From contig OZ242005.1 in assembly GCA_965204725.1 (NCBI GenBank), positions 3,328,001 to 3,392,000 of the forward strand: a DNA stretch of 64,000 nucleotides, read 5' to 3'. A model generated the notes under the pieces. The model was not told the DNA's origin and did no database searches. It saw only the letters and a list, made by a program, of their open reading frames with translations. Source of the DNA: Candidatus Latescibacterota bacterium (GTDB lineage: Bacteria; Latescibacterota; UBA2968; UBA8231). Positions 27,432-37,500 of this stretch are shown one piece after another; the first letter of the stretch is position 1, and the number at the start of each line of letters is the position of its first letter. A program made the position numbers and the translations under genes.

Positions 27432-28967
27432 CTATGGGGTGTGCGCCTGCTTTCGTTTGGCGTCCAAGCTCTGGATGATCTCCTGTTGCTCTTCCGCTTC
27501 CCGATAGCGCCCTGCTTTGATATAGGCATCTTTGAGCAATCGGCGGTACTCGAGATTATGCGGATCGAGACCGACGGCCAGCTTGTACTCGTTGATCGCC
27601 TTTATATATCTGCCCTGTTGGGTATAATGAGCGGCCAATTCGCCGCGGTATTTTGGATTATCAGGCACTAAGATGACCCGTTGTTCCATGTCTGCTATAT
27701 TGCCTGCGCGCAGTTTTTTGAAGATCTCCATTTCCTTGGCACCCTCCTCGCCTCTTCCCTGTTTCAGATAGGCGTTGGCCAGACCGAAATGTGCTTCGGC
27801 ATTGTAGTAGTCGAGTTCGATGGCTTTTTTGAATTTGCCAGTCGCCTCTGCCCCTCTGCCGATCTTGGCGTACACAGACCCCAAGGCATAGTGAAAAATC
27901 GACCGGTCGGGCTCGAGCCGGATGGCCTGCTGGTATTCCTCAATAGCTTCTTGGTATTTTTTGTCTCTCGAGTGGATCATGCCGAGGCGGTAACGAGTGT
28001 AGGCCATATCGGGATTGACGGCGAGTGCCTTGACGAACTGTTCCGCCGCTTGGTCGTACTGTCGTTGGCGTTCATAGGCCATACCCAGATTGTGCTGGAA
28101 CCAACCGTTTTCAGGGGCCAATTCCACGGCCTTGCGATGTTCCTCGACAGCGGCGGCTAGCTTGTCTTGGTCCGCCATGACAGCCCCCAGCAGGGCCAAG
28201 GACTGATCGGTATAGACCAAGCCCAGTTTATCATGCACATCGGCCCAACTCGGCTCGAGTTGCAATGTTCTATGGAATGCTTCTGCGGCCTCTGACAGCT
28301 TACCTATTGCCATATAGGCGTTCCCCAAGACAAAGTGGATAGACGGTTCGTTGGCGACGGCCTTGGCCGCCTGCCGCAATTCCTCTATGGCTTGAGAATA
28401 GTCCCCTTCTTCTAGATATATCGTCCCGAGCCGGTAGCGAGAGGGGCCGTAGTTGGGGTTGACTTCGATAGCTGCTTTGAAATGCTCTGCTGCTTGAGTT
28501 CGCTCTTGGGTCTGCACGTAGATGACCCCTAGTCCGTGGTGGGCGGGAAAGTACTTGGGGTCAGCCTCAATGGCCTTTTGGTAAGAATCGAAAGCCTCGT
28601 CGTACTCTTGGCGAATGAAAAAAATTTTACCCAACTTGTAGTGTGCTGGCGCGTAGCCCGGATCAATCTGGAGTACCTTGGCAAATTCCTCTTCCGCCTC
28701 GCTCAATCGGCTTTGTAGGGCGTAAATGAAACCGAGGCCGTCGTGCGGATAGATATTATTGGCATCTAGTTCTATCGCCTTCCGGTACTCTCTCTCCGCG
28801 CTTTCATAGTCGCCCTTTTGGGCATGGCTTATCCCGAGTCTATAATGCTCTTGGCTCCTTGAGGAAGCACCCACATCCTGTCCATGCACGGCTCCAATGT
28901 GGTACAGGGTACATACCAATGAAATTACATGGCTGATCGATGCCTTGTGCAGACTTGGAAAATACAT
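27432..28967 (-). CDS. Multi-TPR protein, probably exported
   Basis: About 12 canonical TPRs (AHYKLG..A..Y.KAIE.DP); start reassigned to MYFPSLHK. Confidence 0.88.
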   Translation of the reverse strand: MYFPSLHKASISHVISLVCTLYHIGAVHGQDVGASSRSQEHYRLGISHAQKGDYESAEREYRKAIELDANNIYPHDGLGFIYALQSRLSEAEEEFAKVLQIDPGYAPAHYKLGKIFFIRQEYDEAFDSYQKAIEADPKYFPAHHGLGVIYVQTQERTQAAEHFKAAIEVNPNYGPSRYRLGTIYLEEGDYSQAIEELRQAAKAVANEPSIHFVLGNAYMAIGKLSEAAEAFHRTLQLEPSWADVHDKLGLVYTDQSLALLGAVMADQDKLAAAVEEHRKAVELAPENGWFQHNLGMAYERQRQYDQAAEQFVKALAVNPDMAYTRYRLGMIHSRDKKYQEAIEEYQQAIRLEPDRSIFHYALGSVYAKIGRGAEATGKFKKAIELDYYNAEAHFGLANAYLKQGRGEEGAKEMEIFKKLRAGNIADMEQRVILVPDNPKYRGELAAHYTQQGRYIKAINEYKLAVGLDPHNLEYRRLLKDAYIKAGRYREAEEQQEIIQSLDAKRKQAHTP

Positions 28968-29025
28968 GGAGCAATTGTCCTCTCTTAGAGACCACCGTGC
29001 GTCTTGCCGAACGGGTCGGGGGAGA

Positions 29026-31284
29026 CTAGTGGGTGTGTGCCATCCCGTCCGACCCGTTGCCCGGGGCCAGGGCGAAAGATTTGAACTGCCAGCGAGTCGG
29101 ACGCGAATCACCTTCGCGGATGTATATGCTTTGGTCCATTTCTATATCGTTGAAATGCTGCACTTCCCCGCTGGTGGGCCAGATGATTTCAATAGCTTGG
29201 ATAGACTCAGCCTGTCCCAAGCCTATTTCGCATTGTAGGCTGGAGGCACCAAAACTGCCTCCGCTGGTCACTGTGGAATAAATGTCGCGGCTGCCATGTG
29301 GGGTATTCACGCTTACTTTTATGCGTGCTCCAATGGCGGCCCGATTGGTGCGCTTGCCTTCGAGCCGGAGCTTGATCCAATGATTGCCGTGGCCCGGATT
29401 GGCAAAGAGGACGTTCTGATAGGTGTCGCCGGTAAAAGCCCCGCCAATGACCGCAAAAATATCTTGGTCGCCATCGTGGTCAATATCGCCAAAAGCCACA
29501 CCGTGGCCCTTTTGCAAATGCCCAAAGCCGCCCGAGGTGGTGACATCTTGGAAGAAATTGCCGTCGGCATTGCGGAACATGCGGTTGGGGACTAGCGTAG
29601 CCATATACGGGTCGCCGGTGCCGATATAACAATCTTGGTACCCGTCGTTGTCTAGGTCGCCAAAATTGCTGCCCATGGCGAGGAGGGGCTCGTCGAGCCC
29701 TACTTGGCGTGTGACATCGGTAAAAGTACCGTCGCCGTTGTTGCGGTATAGACGAGGCTCTTCGGCGCGGTGCGGCAAGCCCAAATAAGCGGCCGCCACA
29801 TCCGCTACCTCGCCCTTGAAACCGGCGACGAATAGGTCCTGCCACCCGTCGTTGTCGTAGTCCCAGAACCAAGTCGGAAAACTGTAGGGCGGTCCAGCTA
29901 CACCTGCCGTGGCGGTCACATCGGCGAAACGCCCACTCCCCTGATTGCGAAAGAGCAGATTGGACTCTTTGGGTGCCAGACGCGAGATGTACAGATCCAG
30001 TTGTCCATCGTTGTTGTAGTCGCCCCAGACGACGCCTTTGGTCCATCCGACCACATCGAGTCCCATTGCCTCGGCCACGTCAACGAATTGTACCGCCGAC
30101 ACGCCGCGCCCAGAGTCTGCGCCTTTGTTGCGGAACAATTCGCACGGATGAGTAGCCCGCCCCTGCGATTCGTTGCCGACAAATAGGTCGATCCACCCGT
30201 CGTTGTCAAAGTCGCCCCAAGCTGCTGTCTGCGTTGGGTGGAAAGTGAGCAAGCCGGCTGCCTCGGTCGCATCGAAAAATCGCCCGTTTCCGCGATTGGC
30301 CAACAGCGAGTTAGGGTAGCGTCCCTCGTCGAGCCAAGCACCGCGCAGCACCAGCACATCCGCATAGCCGTTGTTGTCGTAGTCGGCTTGACAGATATTC
30401 AAACCACCCACAATACCTTCCAAGCCTGCCGCTTGGGTGCGATCGGCGAAGGTGCCGTCCCCTTGGTTGCGGAAGTAGCGGAGTGGGTCGCGCAGTCCCC
30501 AAGATGAAGCCACGATGTCGAGATAGCCATCGCCGTCAAAGTCTTCCATGATGGCCCCCCCCGAAAGTCCCACCACATCCAGCCCTAGCTGAGGAGCGAC
30601 GTCGCGAAACCCCCCAATATCGTAGTCAGAGGTGAATGCTGCGGGTGGTATCAGTAAGTTCTGAGGGACCTCTTCTGGATACTGCCCCAGCGTCATATAG
30701 GCGATATTGAGCAGCCAACGAGCCGACAAATCGCTTGGATTTCTGCTCAGAACTCTCAAAAATTCCTCGACAGCGGCACTTGATCCGCGCTTGATTTGAT
30801 GCACTCCAGTGCCGCGGATCGGCATTAGACAAGAGTCGATATTGTGTTGCACAATGCAGTTTTCTTGTTCGCCCAAACGGAGATAAGCCAAGCCCACTAG
30901 CAGTTGGAGAGAATGCCGAAGCCGAGGATGGTGAACCACAGTCTGTAGTTGCCGGTACTCCTGCACTGCTTGCTCGGATTGCCCGGCTTGCAGCAATTCG
31001 TTGGCAAGGGAAAAGCGAGCTTGCAGGATCTGCTCTCGTCCTTGAGGATTGACAGCCGCACCGGATTGGCGTAGGTGGTCCAACCGAGCGCGGAAATATG
31101 CAACTCGGTCCAAATTCACATACGGATGCGTGGCGGGATCGACATTGACGGCTATGTCTTCTAGGAGGCCGGCCATGCGCTGGGTGCTGGCTGTCTGTTC
31201 TCGCTCAGCGCAGGCTACCAAAACAAAAAACCATCCTGCAACAACTTGGACCCCGTATAGAGTGCTCTGCCTTATTATTGTCAT
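29026..31284 (-). CDS. CRTAC1/ASPIC-UnbV FG-GAP lipoprotein with N-terminal helical domain
   Basis: Lipobox FVLVAC; YLRLGEQENC..H...SC..PI...GVH; WLLNIAYMTLGQYP; FG-GAP blades; GFGHLQKGHG; UnbV C-terminus. Confidence 0.9.
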   Translation of the reverse strand: MTIIRQSTLYGVQVVAGWFFVLVACAEREQTASTQRMAGLLEDIAVNVDPATHPYVNLDRVAYFRARLDHLRQSGAAVNPQGREQILQARFSLANELLQAGQSEQAVQEYRQLQTVVHHPRLRHSLQLLVGLAYLRLGEQENCIVQHNIDSCLMPIRGTGVHQIKRGSSAAVEEFLRVLSRNPSDLSARWLLNIAYMTLGQYPEEVPQNLLIPPAAFTSDYDIGGFRDVAPQLGLDVVGLSGGAIMEDFDGDGYLDIVASSWGLRDPLRYFRNQGDGTFADRTQAAGLEGIVGGLNICQADYDNNGYADVLVLRGAWLDEGRYPNSLLANRGNGRFFDATEAAGLLTFHPTQTAAWGDFDNDGWIDLFVGNESQGRATHPCELFRNKGADSGRGVSAVQFVDVAEAMGLDVVGWTKGVVWGDYNNDGQLDLYISRLAPKESNLLFRNQGSGRFADVTATAGVAGPPYSFPTWFWDYDNDGWQDLFVAGFKGEVADVAAAYLGLPHRAEEPRLYRNNGDGTFTDVTRQVGLDEPLLAMGSNFGDLDNDGYQDCYIGTGDPYMATLVPNRMFRNADGNFFQDVTTSGGFGHLQKGHGVAFGDIDHDGDQDIFAVIGGAFTGDTYQNVLFANPGHGNHWIKLRLEGKRTNRAAIGARIKVSVNTPHGSRDIYSTVTSGGSFGASSLQCEIGLGQAESIQAIEIIWPTSGEVQHFNDIEMDQSIYIREGDSRPTRWQFKSFALAPGNGSDGMAHTH

Positions 31285-31558
31285 TATGATTATGGCCCAT
31301 TGCCGCGCCGTTTATGTTTGCACTGGCAACCGCCGAAAATTACAGCTATAAAGCACTGTGCGGCAACTCCTTTAATTTTCGCTATACCTTCGACCCTGAG
31401 ACCTCGGTGGGAATAAAGGGGACTTGGGGCCAGCACCGAAAACCAGCCATGCAGATTAGGATAGGTGACGCACGGTCGCCGCCGTTGCAAAACTGGTGAA
31501 TCGGTGCGTTATTGAGTGCATAGTTCCCGTGGAAGATCAAACGAGTAAGGAGGTGTCA

Positions 31559-32383
31559 ATGCCCGTTATAGACGCTCATGTTCACGTGCTTCCCAACTTT
31601 GCTCCAATGACCCCTTGGGAAGACCTAGGGCGGGTCGATCGGCTCCTCCACCAGATGGACGGATGCGGCGTTGACAAAGCCGTCGTGCTGCCGGTGGTGG
31701 CGGAGTACTCGCCGGGCAACAATCAGGAGTGCGCCCAGTGGGGAAGAGAGCATCCCGATCGGTTGGCCGTATTGACGGATGTGCAGATGCACCAGAAAGA
31801 CGCCGCGGAGCGGGTCTTGCGGGCGGGCGAGGAATTCGGTGCCGTGGGCACCAGTTACTACCCGCCCAAGCTCGATGAGAGGATGCAGTGGCTGGTGGAA
31901 GAACCTTGTGATGCGCTCTGGCAGGCGTACAAAGACACTGGCTTAGTCTGCAATTTGCAAATCGGGCCGTCCAATTACGGAATTTTGCTGGAGTTGGCCC
32001 AGAGGCATCCAGAGGTCCGCTTTGTCGCCAATCACCTAGGGCTGCCCGCGCTACCCGGCGGCCCCGATGCCCAAGATGCGACATACGGAGGACTGCTGCA
32101 GGCAGCGGCCTATCCCAATTTGTCGATCAAAGCATCGGGCTTCTACGCGGCGGCGGCGACTCCTTGGGATTTCCGCTGCCCCCAAGCACTGGCCTTCTTC
32201 AGCCATCTGCTCAAGGGGTTGGGTGCCGACCGGCTGCTGTGGGGGTCGGATTGGCCGCCGGTCAGCCGCCATATCACGTACCAGCAGAGTTTGGAAATAA
32301 TCCGCACTGTTGCCATGGAACTGGACGAGGGGGATCGGGCCAAAGTGCTGGGGGACAACGCCGTCCGGGTGTACGGGATTTGA
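31559..32383 (+). CDS. Amidohydrolase_2 family protein (sugar-lactonase-like)
   Basis: IDAHVH, NHLG, IKASG, LLWGSDWP; AAGGAGG RBS before MPVID. Confidence 0.88.
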   Translation: MPVIDAHVHVLPNFAPMTPWEDLGRVDRLLHQMDGCGVDKAVVLPVVAEYSPGNNQECAQWGREHPDRLAVLTDVQMHQKDAAERVLRAGEEFGAVGTSYYPPKLDERMQWLVEEPCDALWQAYKDTGLVCNLQIGPSNYGILLELAQRHPEVRFVANHLGLPALPGGPDAQDATYGGLLQAAAYPNLSIKASGFYAAAATPWDFRCPQALAFFSHLLKGLGADRLLWGSDWPPVSRHITYQQSLEIIRTVAMELDEGDRAKVLGDNAVRVYGI

Positions 32384-32612
32384 GCGACACCTGTCTAGAC
32401 CCGGGCTGAGGAACCGTTGGTTCTATCAGTTCGTCCGCAATTGGCAAGGGGAATGATTGGGCGGAATACCGACATCGGGCGTCTCGCCGATGCTTCGCGC
32501 CGGAAGGAATCGCTGGACGTGGGCTACGTGCGGGTCTTCTCGACCGGGATCAATAACACAGACTGAATAATTCGCTTCTATACGAGGTACTGACCACGAG
32601 GAGGAACCCCCA

Positions 32613-34433
32613 ATGGCTCGCGTATCCATTGCCGCTAAGACCCGCAAAACCCCGCCCGATTGGGCCGTGCGTCAACGCGACTTGATCGCCCTGATGGACC
32701 GCGCGGCCCGTCCCTTTGTCGAGCACAGTACCCGTCCAGATGGCACCCTGATCCAGCGCACGGAGTGGACCAGCATGGACGGCACGGACAATGGCTACGA
32801 GGCCTTCCTCTCGTTCCCTCTGTTTTACCTGCTCGGCGGCGGCGAGCACATCTATCAGATCGCCTGCAAAGAGTGGGATGCCATCACTTGGCAGTACGCC
32901 AACTACGGCACGGTCGAGCGCGAGTTTGTCACTGGCTTTGACTGGTTCCACCACTCCGAGAGCTATACCTATATCTACTATCTGGCCTTGGCCGATCCCG
33001 CCCACCACATCAACCGCGCCCGCGCCCTGCGCTACGCCGCCATGTACACCGGCACCGACCCGCTGGCCCCCAACTGGGACGCCCAGCGCAAAATGATCCG
33101 CTCGCCGCTCAACGGCAGCAAAGGCCCGCGCTTTGTCACTACCCAAGTTGATTGGGATTACCATCGGCCCATCCTAGCCCATTATCTGGCCCCCTTTGAG
33201 GATATTTTAGGGGCCGATAGCTCCGACCCGCTCTTCAAGGTTGACTGGACGGACGACGACGTGTTCGCCCAAGTCCTCAGCTTGATCAACCAGCGCATGA
33301 CCCGCGGCGACGTGCCCCTCAACTTGAGTGCCGCCAGCCTGATCACCAACGCCTATCTCTACACCGGCGACGACCAGTACAAAACTTGGGTGCTCGATTA
33401 TTTGCAGGCGTGGGAGGAGCGATGCGAGGCCAACGGCGGCATTATGCCCGATAATATTGGCCCCGAGGGAACCATTGGCGAGTTGATGGACGGCAAGTGG
33501 TGGGGCGGGTACTACGGCTGGCGCTGGCCGCATGGGGCGCGCAACATTGTCGAGCCGGCGCTAGTGGCCGGCAGTTGCGCCCTGCTTATGACCGGCGATG
33601 ACTCCCATTTGGACTTGGCCCGCTCGCAGCTCGACAGGCTGTGGGAACAGCGGCGCGAGGAGGATGGCCGCGTCAAGGTGCCGGCCCGCCATGGCGACCA
33701 AGGCTGGTTTGATTTTCGGCCGCCCGACCCCTACTTGTATATTCATTTATATTACCTGAGCCAAAGCGAGCGGGATTTGGCCCGCCTCGACGAAGTCTTT
33801 CCCGACCGCACCGCTTTTGCCGGCCTGCCCCCCGACTGGGGTGCTGCCAAAGCCGGTATCTGTCCGCCGATGGCTTGGTTCGCCTTTATTGAAGGCAAAA
33901 ACCGAGGCTACGTCGATCAGGCGATCAACTCGACCTACTCCAGCATCTGCCACAGTCTGAATCGCCTAGAAAACGACGACAGCGATCCCGAGACACGCGA
34001 GTGCTACCACTTCCAGAGGCTCAATCCGGTGCTGCCCGAAGCCCTGATCCAGATGGCCTTGGGCACGCCAGCCGCGATTTACAACGGCGGGATGCTCCAG
34101 GCCCATCTGCGCTACTTTGACCCGCAGCGTCGTCGTTCCGGTCTGCCCGAGTATGTCGCGGCGCTAGTGGATCAGGTCCATGCCGACGGGGTCAGCCTGA
34201 CGCTGGTGAATACGGACTTGGTGGAAGGTCGCTCCGTCCTGTTGCAGGCCGGTTCCTTCGGCGAGCACCAATTCACAGGTGCTCGACTAGAGATAGAAGC
34301 CGGCCCAGATCAGTCCATTGAGGTAGCGGACCCGTATCTTCAGGTGCATTTAGGCCCGGCGGCTCAGGCCCGCTTGCATCTTGGGCTGAAGCGCTTTGCT
34401 CGCTCGCCCTCCTACAGTTTCCCTGCTTTTTGA
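32613..34433 (+). CDS. Conserved-looking hypothetical protein (606 aa), Trp/Tyr/Asp-rich, possibly an alpha/alpha-barrel enzyme
   Basis: Long ORF with GAGGAGG RBS and strong codon bias; motifs DGTDNGYE, FDWFHHSE, KWWGGYYGWRWPHG. Confidence 0.75.
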   Translation: MARVSIAAKTRKTPPDWAVRQRDLIALMDRAARPFVEHSTRPDGTLIQRTEWTSMDGTDNGYEAFLSFPLFYLLGGGEHIYQIACKEWDAITWQYANYGTVEREFVTGFDWFHHSESYTYIYYLALADPAHHINRARALRYAAMYTGTDPLAPNWDAQRKMIRSPLNGSKGPRFVTTQVDWDYHRPILAHYLAPFEDILGADSSDPLFKVDWTDDDVFAQVLSLINQRMTRGDVPLNLSAASLITNAYLYTGDDQYKTWVLDYLQAWEERCEANGGIMPDNIGPEGTIGELMDGKWWGGYYGWRWPHGARNIVEPALVAGSCALLMTGDDSHLDLARSQLDRLWEQRREEDGRVKVPARHGDQGWFDFRPPDPYLYIHLYYLSQSERDLARLDEVFPDRTAFAGLPPDWGAAKAGICPPMAWFAFIEGKNRGYVDQAINSTYSSICHSLNRLENDDSDPETRECYHFQRLNPVLPEALIQMALGTPAAIYNGGMLQAHLRYFDPQRRRSGLPEYVAALVDQVHADGVSLTLVNTDLVEGRSVLLQAGSFGEHQFTGARLEIEAGPDQSIEVADPYLQVHLGPAAQARLHLGLKRFARSPSYSFPAF

Positions 34434-34449
34434 GCACCTAGGATCGCGT

Positions 34450-34478
34450 TTGACGAGGAATACGGTCTCCAGTATTTT
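34450..34478 (+). promoter_or_regulatory. Sigma70-type promoter
   Basis: TTGACG-17 nt-TATTTT, 64 nt upstream of the 34543 start. Confidence 0.55.
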
Positions 34479-34542
34479 CCTACCAACTTGTGGTGCGACC
34501 GGCAATTGGCTGCTGGTCGCCTTTTTTTGAAAGGGATACACG

Positions 34543-37500
34543 TTGCGCCGAGCGATTTTTTCCGCCATTGCCGCGCTGTTCCTCGCCGGAGCGGCGCAGG
34601 CCCAGATACAAACCATCGTCACGGATCACTTCCGGGTCCATTTCTCGCGGGGGGCCGAGGGCACCGCGCGGCGAGTGGCCGAAACCTGCGAGGAAGTCTT
34701 TCCCACCCTCGCCGCGGCCTACGACTACTACGACGATTTTCGCACCATCCACGTCATCGTCCTCGACAACTCCGACGTGCTAGGCAACGGCTGGGCCAAC
34801 TACTACAGCAATACCATGGCCATTTGGGCCACGAGTCTCGACTTTGAACTGCGCGGCAGCCACGATTGGATCAAAAACGTGGTCACGCACGAGTTGACGC
34901 ATATTATGACGCTCAACAAGGCGCGCAAGAAATGGCCCTTTCAGTTTGCGCTGCTCTCGGTCTCGCGTTTCGACTCCAATCCAGACATTGCGTTTCAGTT
35001 CCCCCTGTACCATCTCAACGCCCCGCGTGGCTGGACCGAGGGCATTGCCCAGTACGGGGCGCACAAATTCGGCTACGATTCTTGGGATTCGCACCGCGAC
35101 ATGTTGCTGCGGATGGCAGTGCTCGAAGACGATCTGCTGTCGTGGGAGGAGATGGGGACGGTTGGGGACCGCACGGGCAAGTTCTACGGCGAGTTCGTGT
35201 ACAATCAGGGCTACGCGATGATGGTGTACATCCATCAGCAGTACGGCGCTGAGAAGGTCGATGAGCTGACGCATCAGATCGGCTCGATGAGCTTCGACCC
35301 GGCCATTCGCCGGGTGTTGGGCATTTCCGCCGACCAGTTTTACGCGGATTGGGTGGCCTTCTTAGGCGAGAACTACGGTCGCCTCCAGTCCGAGATTCGC
35401 GGGCAGGGCTTTTTTCAGGGGGCGTCGTTGGACGAAGTCAACGAGGGCGTGCTCGAATATCATCCCGCGCTGTCGCCGGACGGCAAAAAACTGGCGTACC
35501 TCACCAGCGAGAAGCAGGACTACGCAATCACGGCCCTCAAGATCTACGATTTTGCGACGCAGAAAAAGACCAAGCTCAAAGGTCGGATCGCTACGCGAAT
35601 TGGCTGGTCGCCCGACGGGAAGGAGATCGTCTTTGTCCGCAACAAGGGCGGTTTTAACGACCTCTATATCTACAACTTGGCCGAGGACGAGGAGCGCCGC
35701 ATCAGCGCTCGGCTGCGAGCCAAAGACCCCTCGTTTTCCCCCGATGGCCAGCGCGTCGCCTTTGTCCACAATGAGGACGGGACCAACAACCTCGGCCTCA
35801 TAGATCGCGATGGCACGGACTTGGTCTATCTAACCAACAACAACGATGCCACCCAATACAGTGGGCCGCGCTTCTCGCCCGACGGCGAGTGGTTACTCTT
35901 TAGCGTGTTCCGCGGCGAAGACCGCGACATTGCGATGATCCGCGCCGATAGCCCGCCGCGGCCCAAGACCTTTAAGAAGGCCAAGGCGAAGAAGAGCGAA
36001 GACGAAGAAGGCGCGGAGGAAACCATCGACGTCTTTCCCGATACTGTTGCGTTTGCCCACCCTGATTCGTCGGGGTTTCGTGCGGTCGTTGCCTCGCCGG
36101 CCGACGAGCGCGACCCGCACTGGCTGCCCGATGGCTCGGGTTTTGTGTTTTCGTCGGACCAGAGCGGCATTTTCAACATCTACCGCTATCGCTTGGCAAA
36201 CGACGAAGTCGAACAGCTAACCAACGTCATCGGCGGGGCCTTTGTGCCGACCGTAGCGGCCGACGAGCGCGTGGTGTACAGTGGCTACCACTCCAACGAC
36301 TATAGCCTCTACCGCTTTGAGATGGGCGAATTCGAGCGCGCGGCCCACTTTGAGCCGGTGGCTATGCGCGACTATCGCTCCATTTTCGATGGCCCCAAGC
36401 TCGACGATCAGTACCAAATCGCGTCGTACCGGGGGCGCAATGTCTTGCGCTACATCCCGATTTTACAGGTCGGCCCCACGTTTGTCGGCAACGCCTTTGG
36501 CCTCAATCAAGCCAGCGGCGGCTTGCAGTTTTCCACCGGGGACATGTTCGGCGGTCAAGAACTGACGGCTTGGGGGATCGTCGGCAAGAACGTGCGCGAC
36601 GCCACTGATCTCAACACGGATGTCGGCTTTTTCTATGAGCGTCGGCTTAGGCCCCAAGTGGGCAACAACCGGACCTTCAACCCCTCGTTTTACATAGCGG
36701 CCCGGCGACGCGAGATCGACAACTTGGTCAAGGCCCGCGCAATCGATCCCCCCGACACGCTCGCGGCGTCCACGCTCTACCCGGTCCCGGTCGATTCGGT
36801 CTCCAGCGTGCTCATCCCGGCCGTTGAGCAACACATCTATCAGTACACGAGTCGCCAAGATTTGTTCAAGACCGTCTTGGGGCAACTCGCCGTGGGCATT
36901 GATGTGCCGCTGACTCGGCGTACCGAGTTGAACGCCCTCTATCTGTGGCGCAACTACGCTGAGAGTTGGACCTTGCGCCGCTTCCGCAGCAAAAGTCAGA
37001 TCTATTTGGTGCAAGACGGCGTCGATATGTCGGAAGTCTTAGACCCGGCTCTTTTGGGCCAAGACACCCTGTTGGTTGACAGCGCAGATCCGCTGAAATT
37101 CTACGGCGACCTCAGCTTTTTTCGCACCCATCTTTTGAGCGCGTCTTGGCGCTACCAGAAGATCAATCCCACGGCCGACCGCTCGATCAACCCATCGGGT
37201 CGCGCCTTGTCCTTGGTCTATCGCTACCTGCTGCCGACTGTGGCCGATTCGCTGGCCGAGCAAACCCCCACCGATGGAGTCCCCCGCGATCAGTTCGTCG
37301 GGGTTGAGCGCCGCCTGCGGGTCAACGAATACGTGGCCGCGTACAACGAGCGGATCAGGCTGCCGTTCAACAATTCGCTCAACATTGAGCTCGTTGGCGC
37401 GTACAAAAACATTCGGCTCAAGCCTCGCTATACCGAGGAGGGCGGCTTTCTTGAGGGCCGCTTCTACTGGCCCCTGCGCTACTATGTCGGCGGGCGCAAC

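Noticed and set aside
11002-31284. Prophage or ICE interpretation of the AT-rich block
   Set aside because: No integrase, terminase, capsid, relaxase or T4SS motifs, and no att-like direct repeats noticed
32454-32567. Short frame ending ESLDVGYVRVFS, reminiscent of a GH16 C-terminal 'VDYVRV' strand
   Set aside because: A single short motif without the GH16 catalytic ExDxxE; insufficient support
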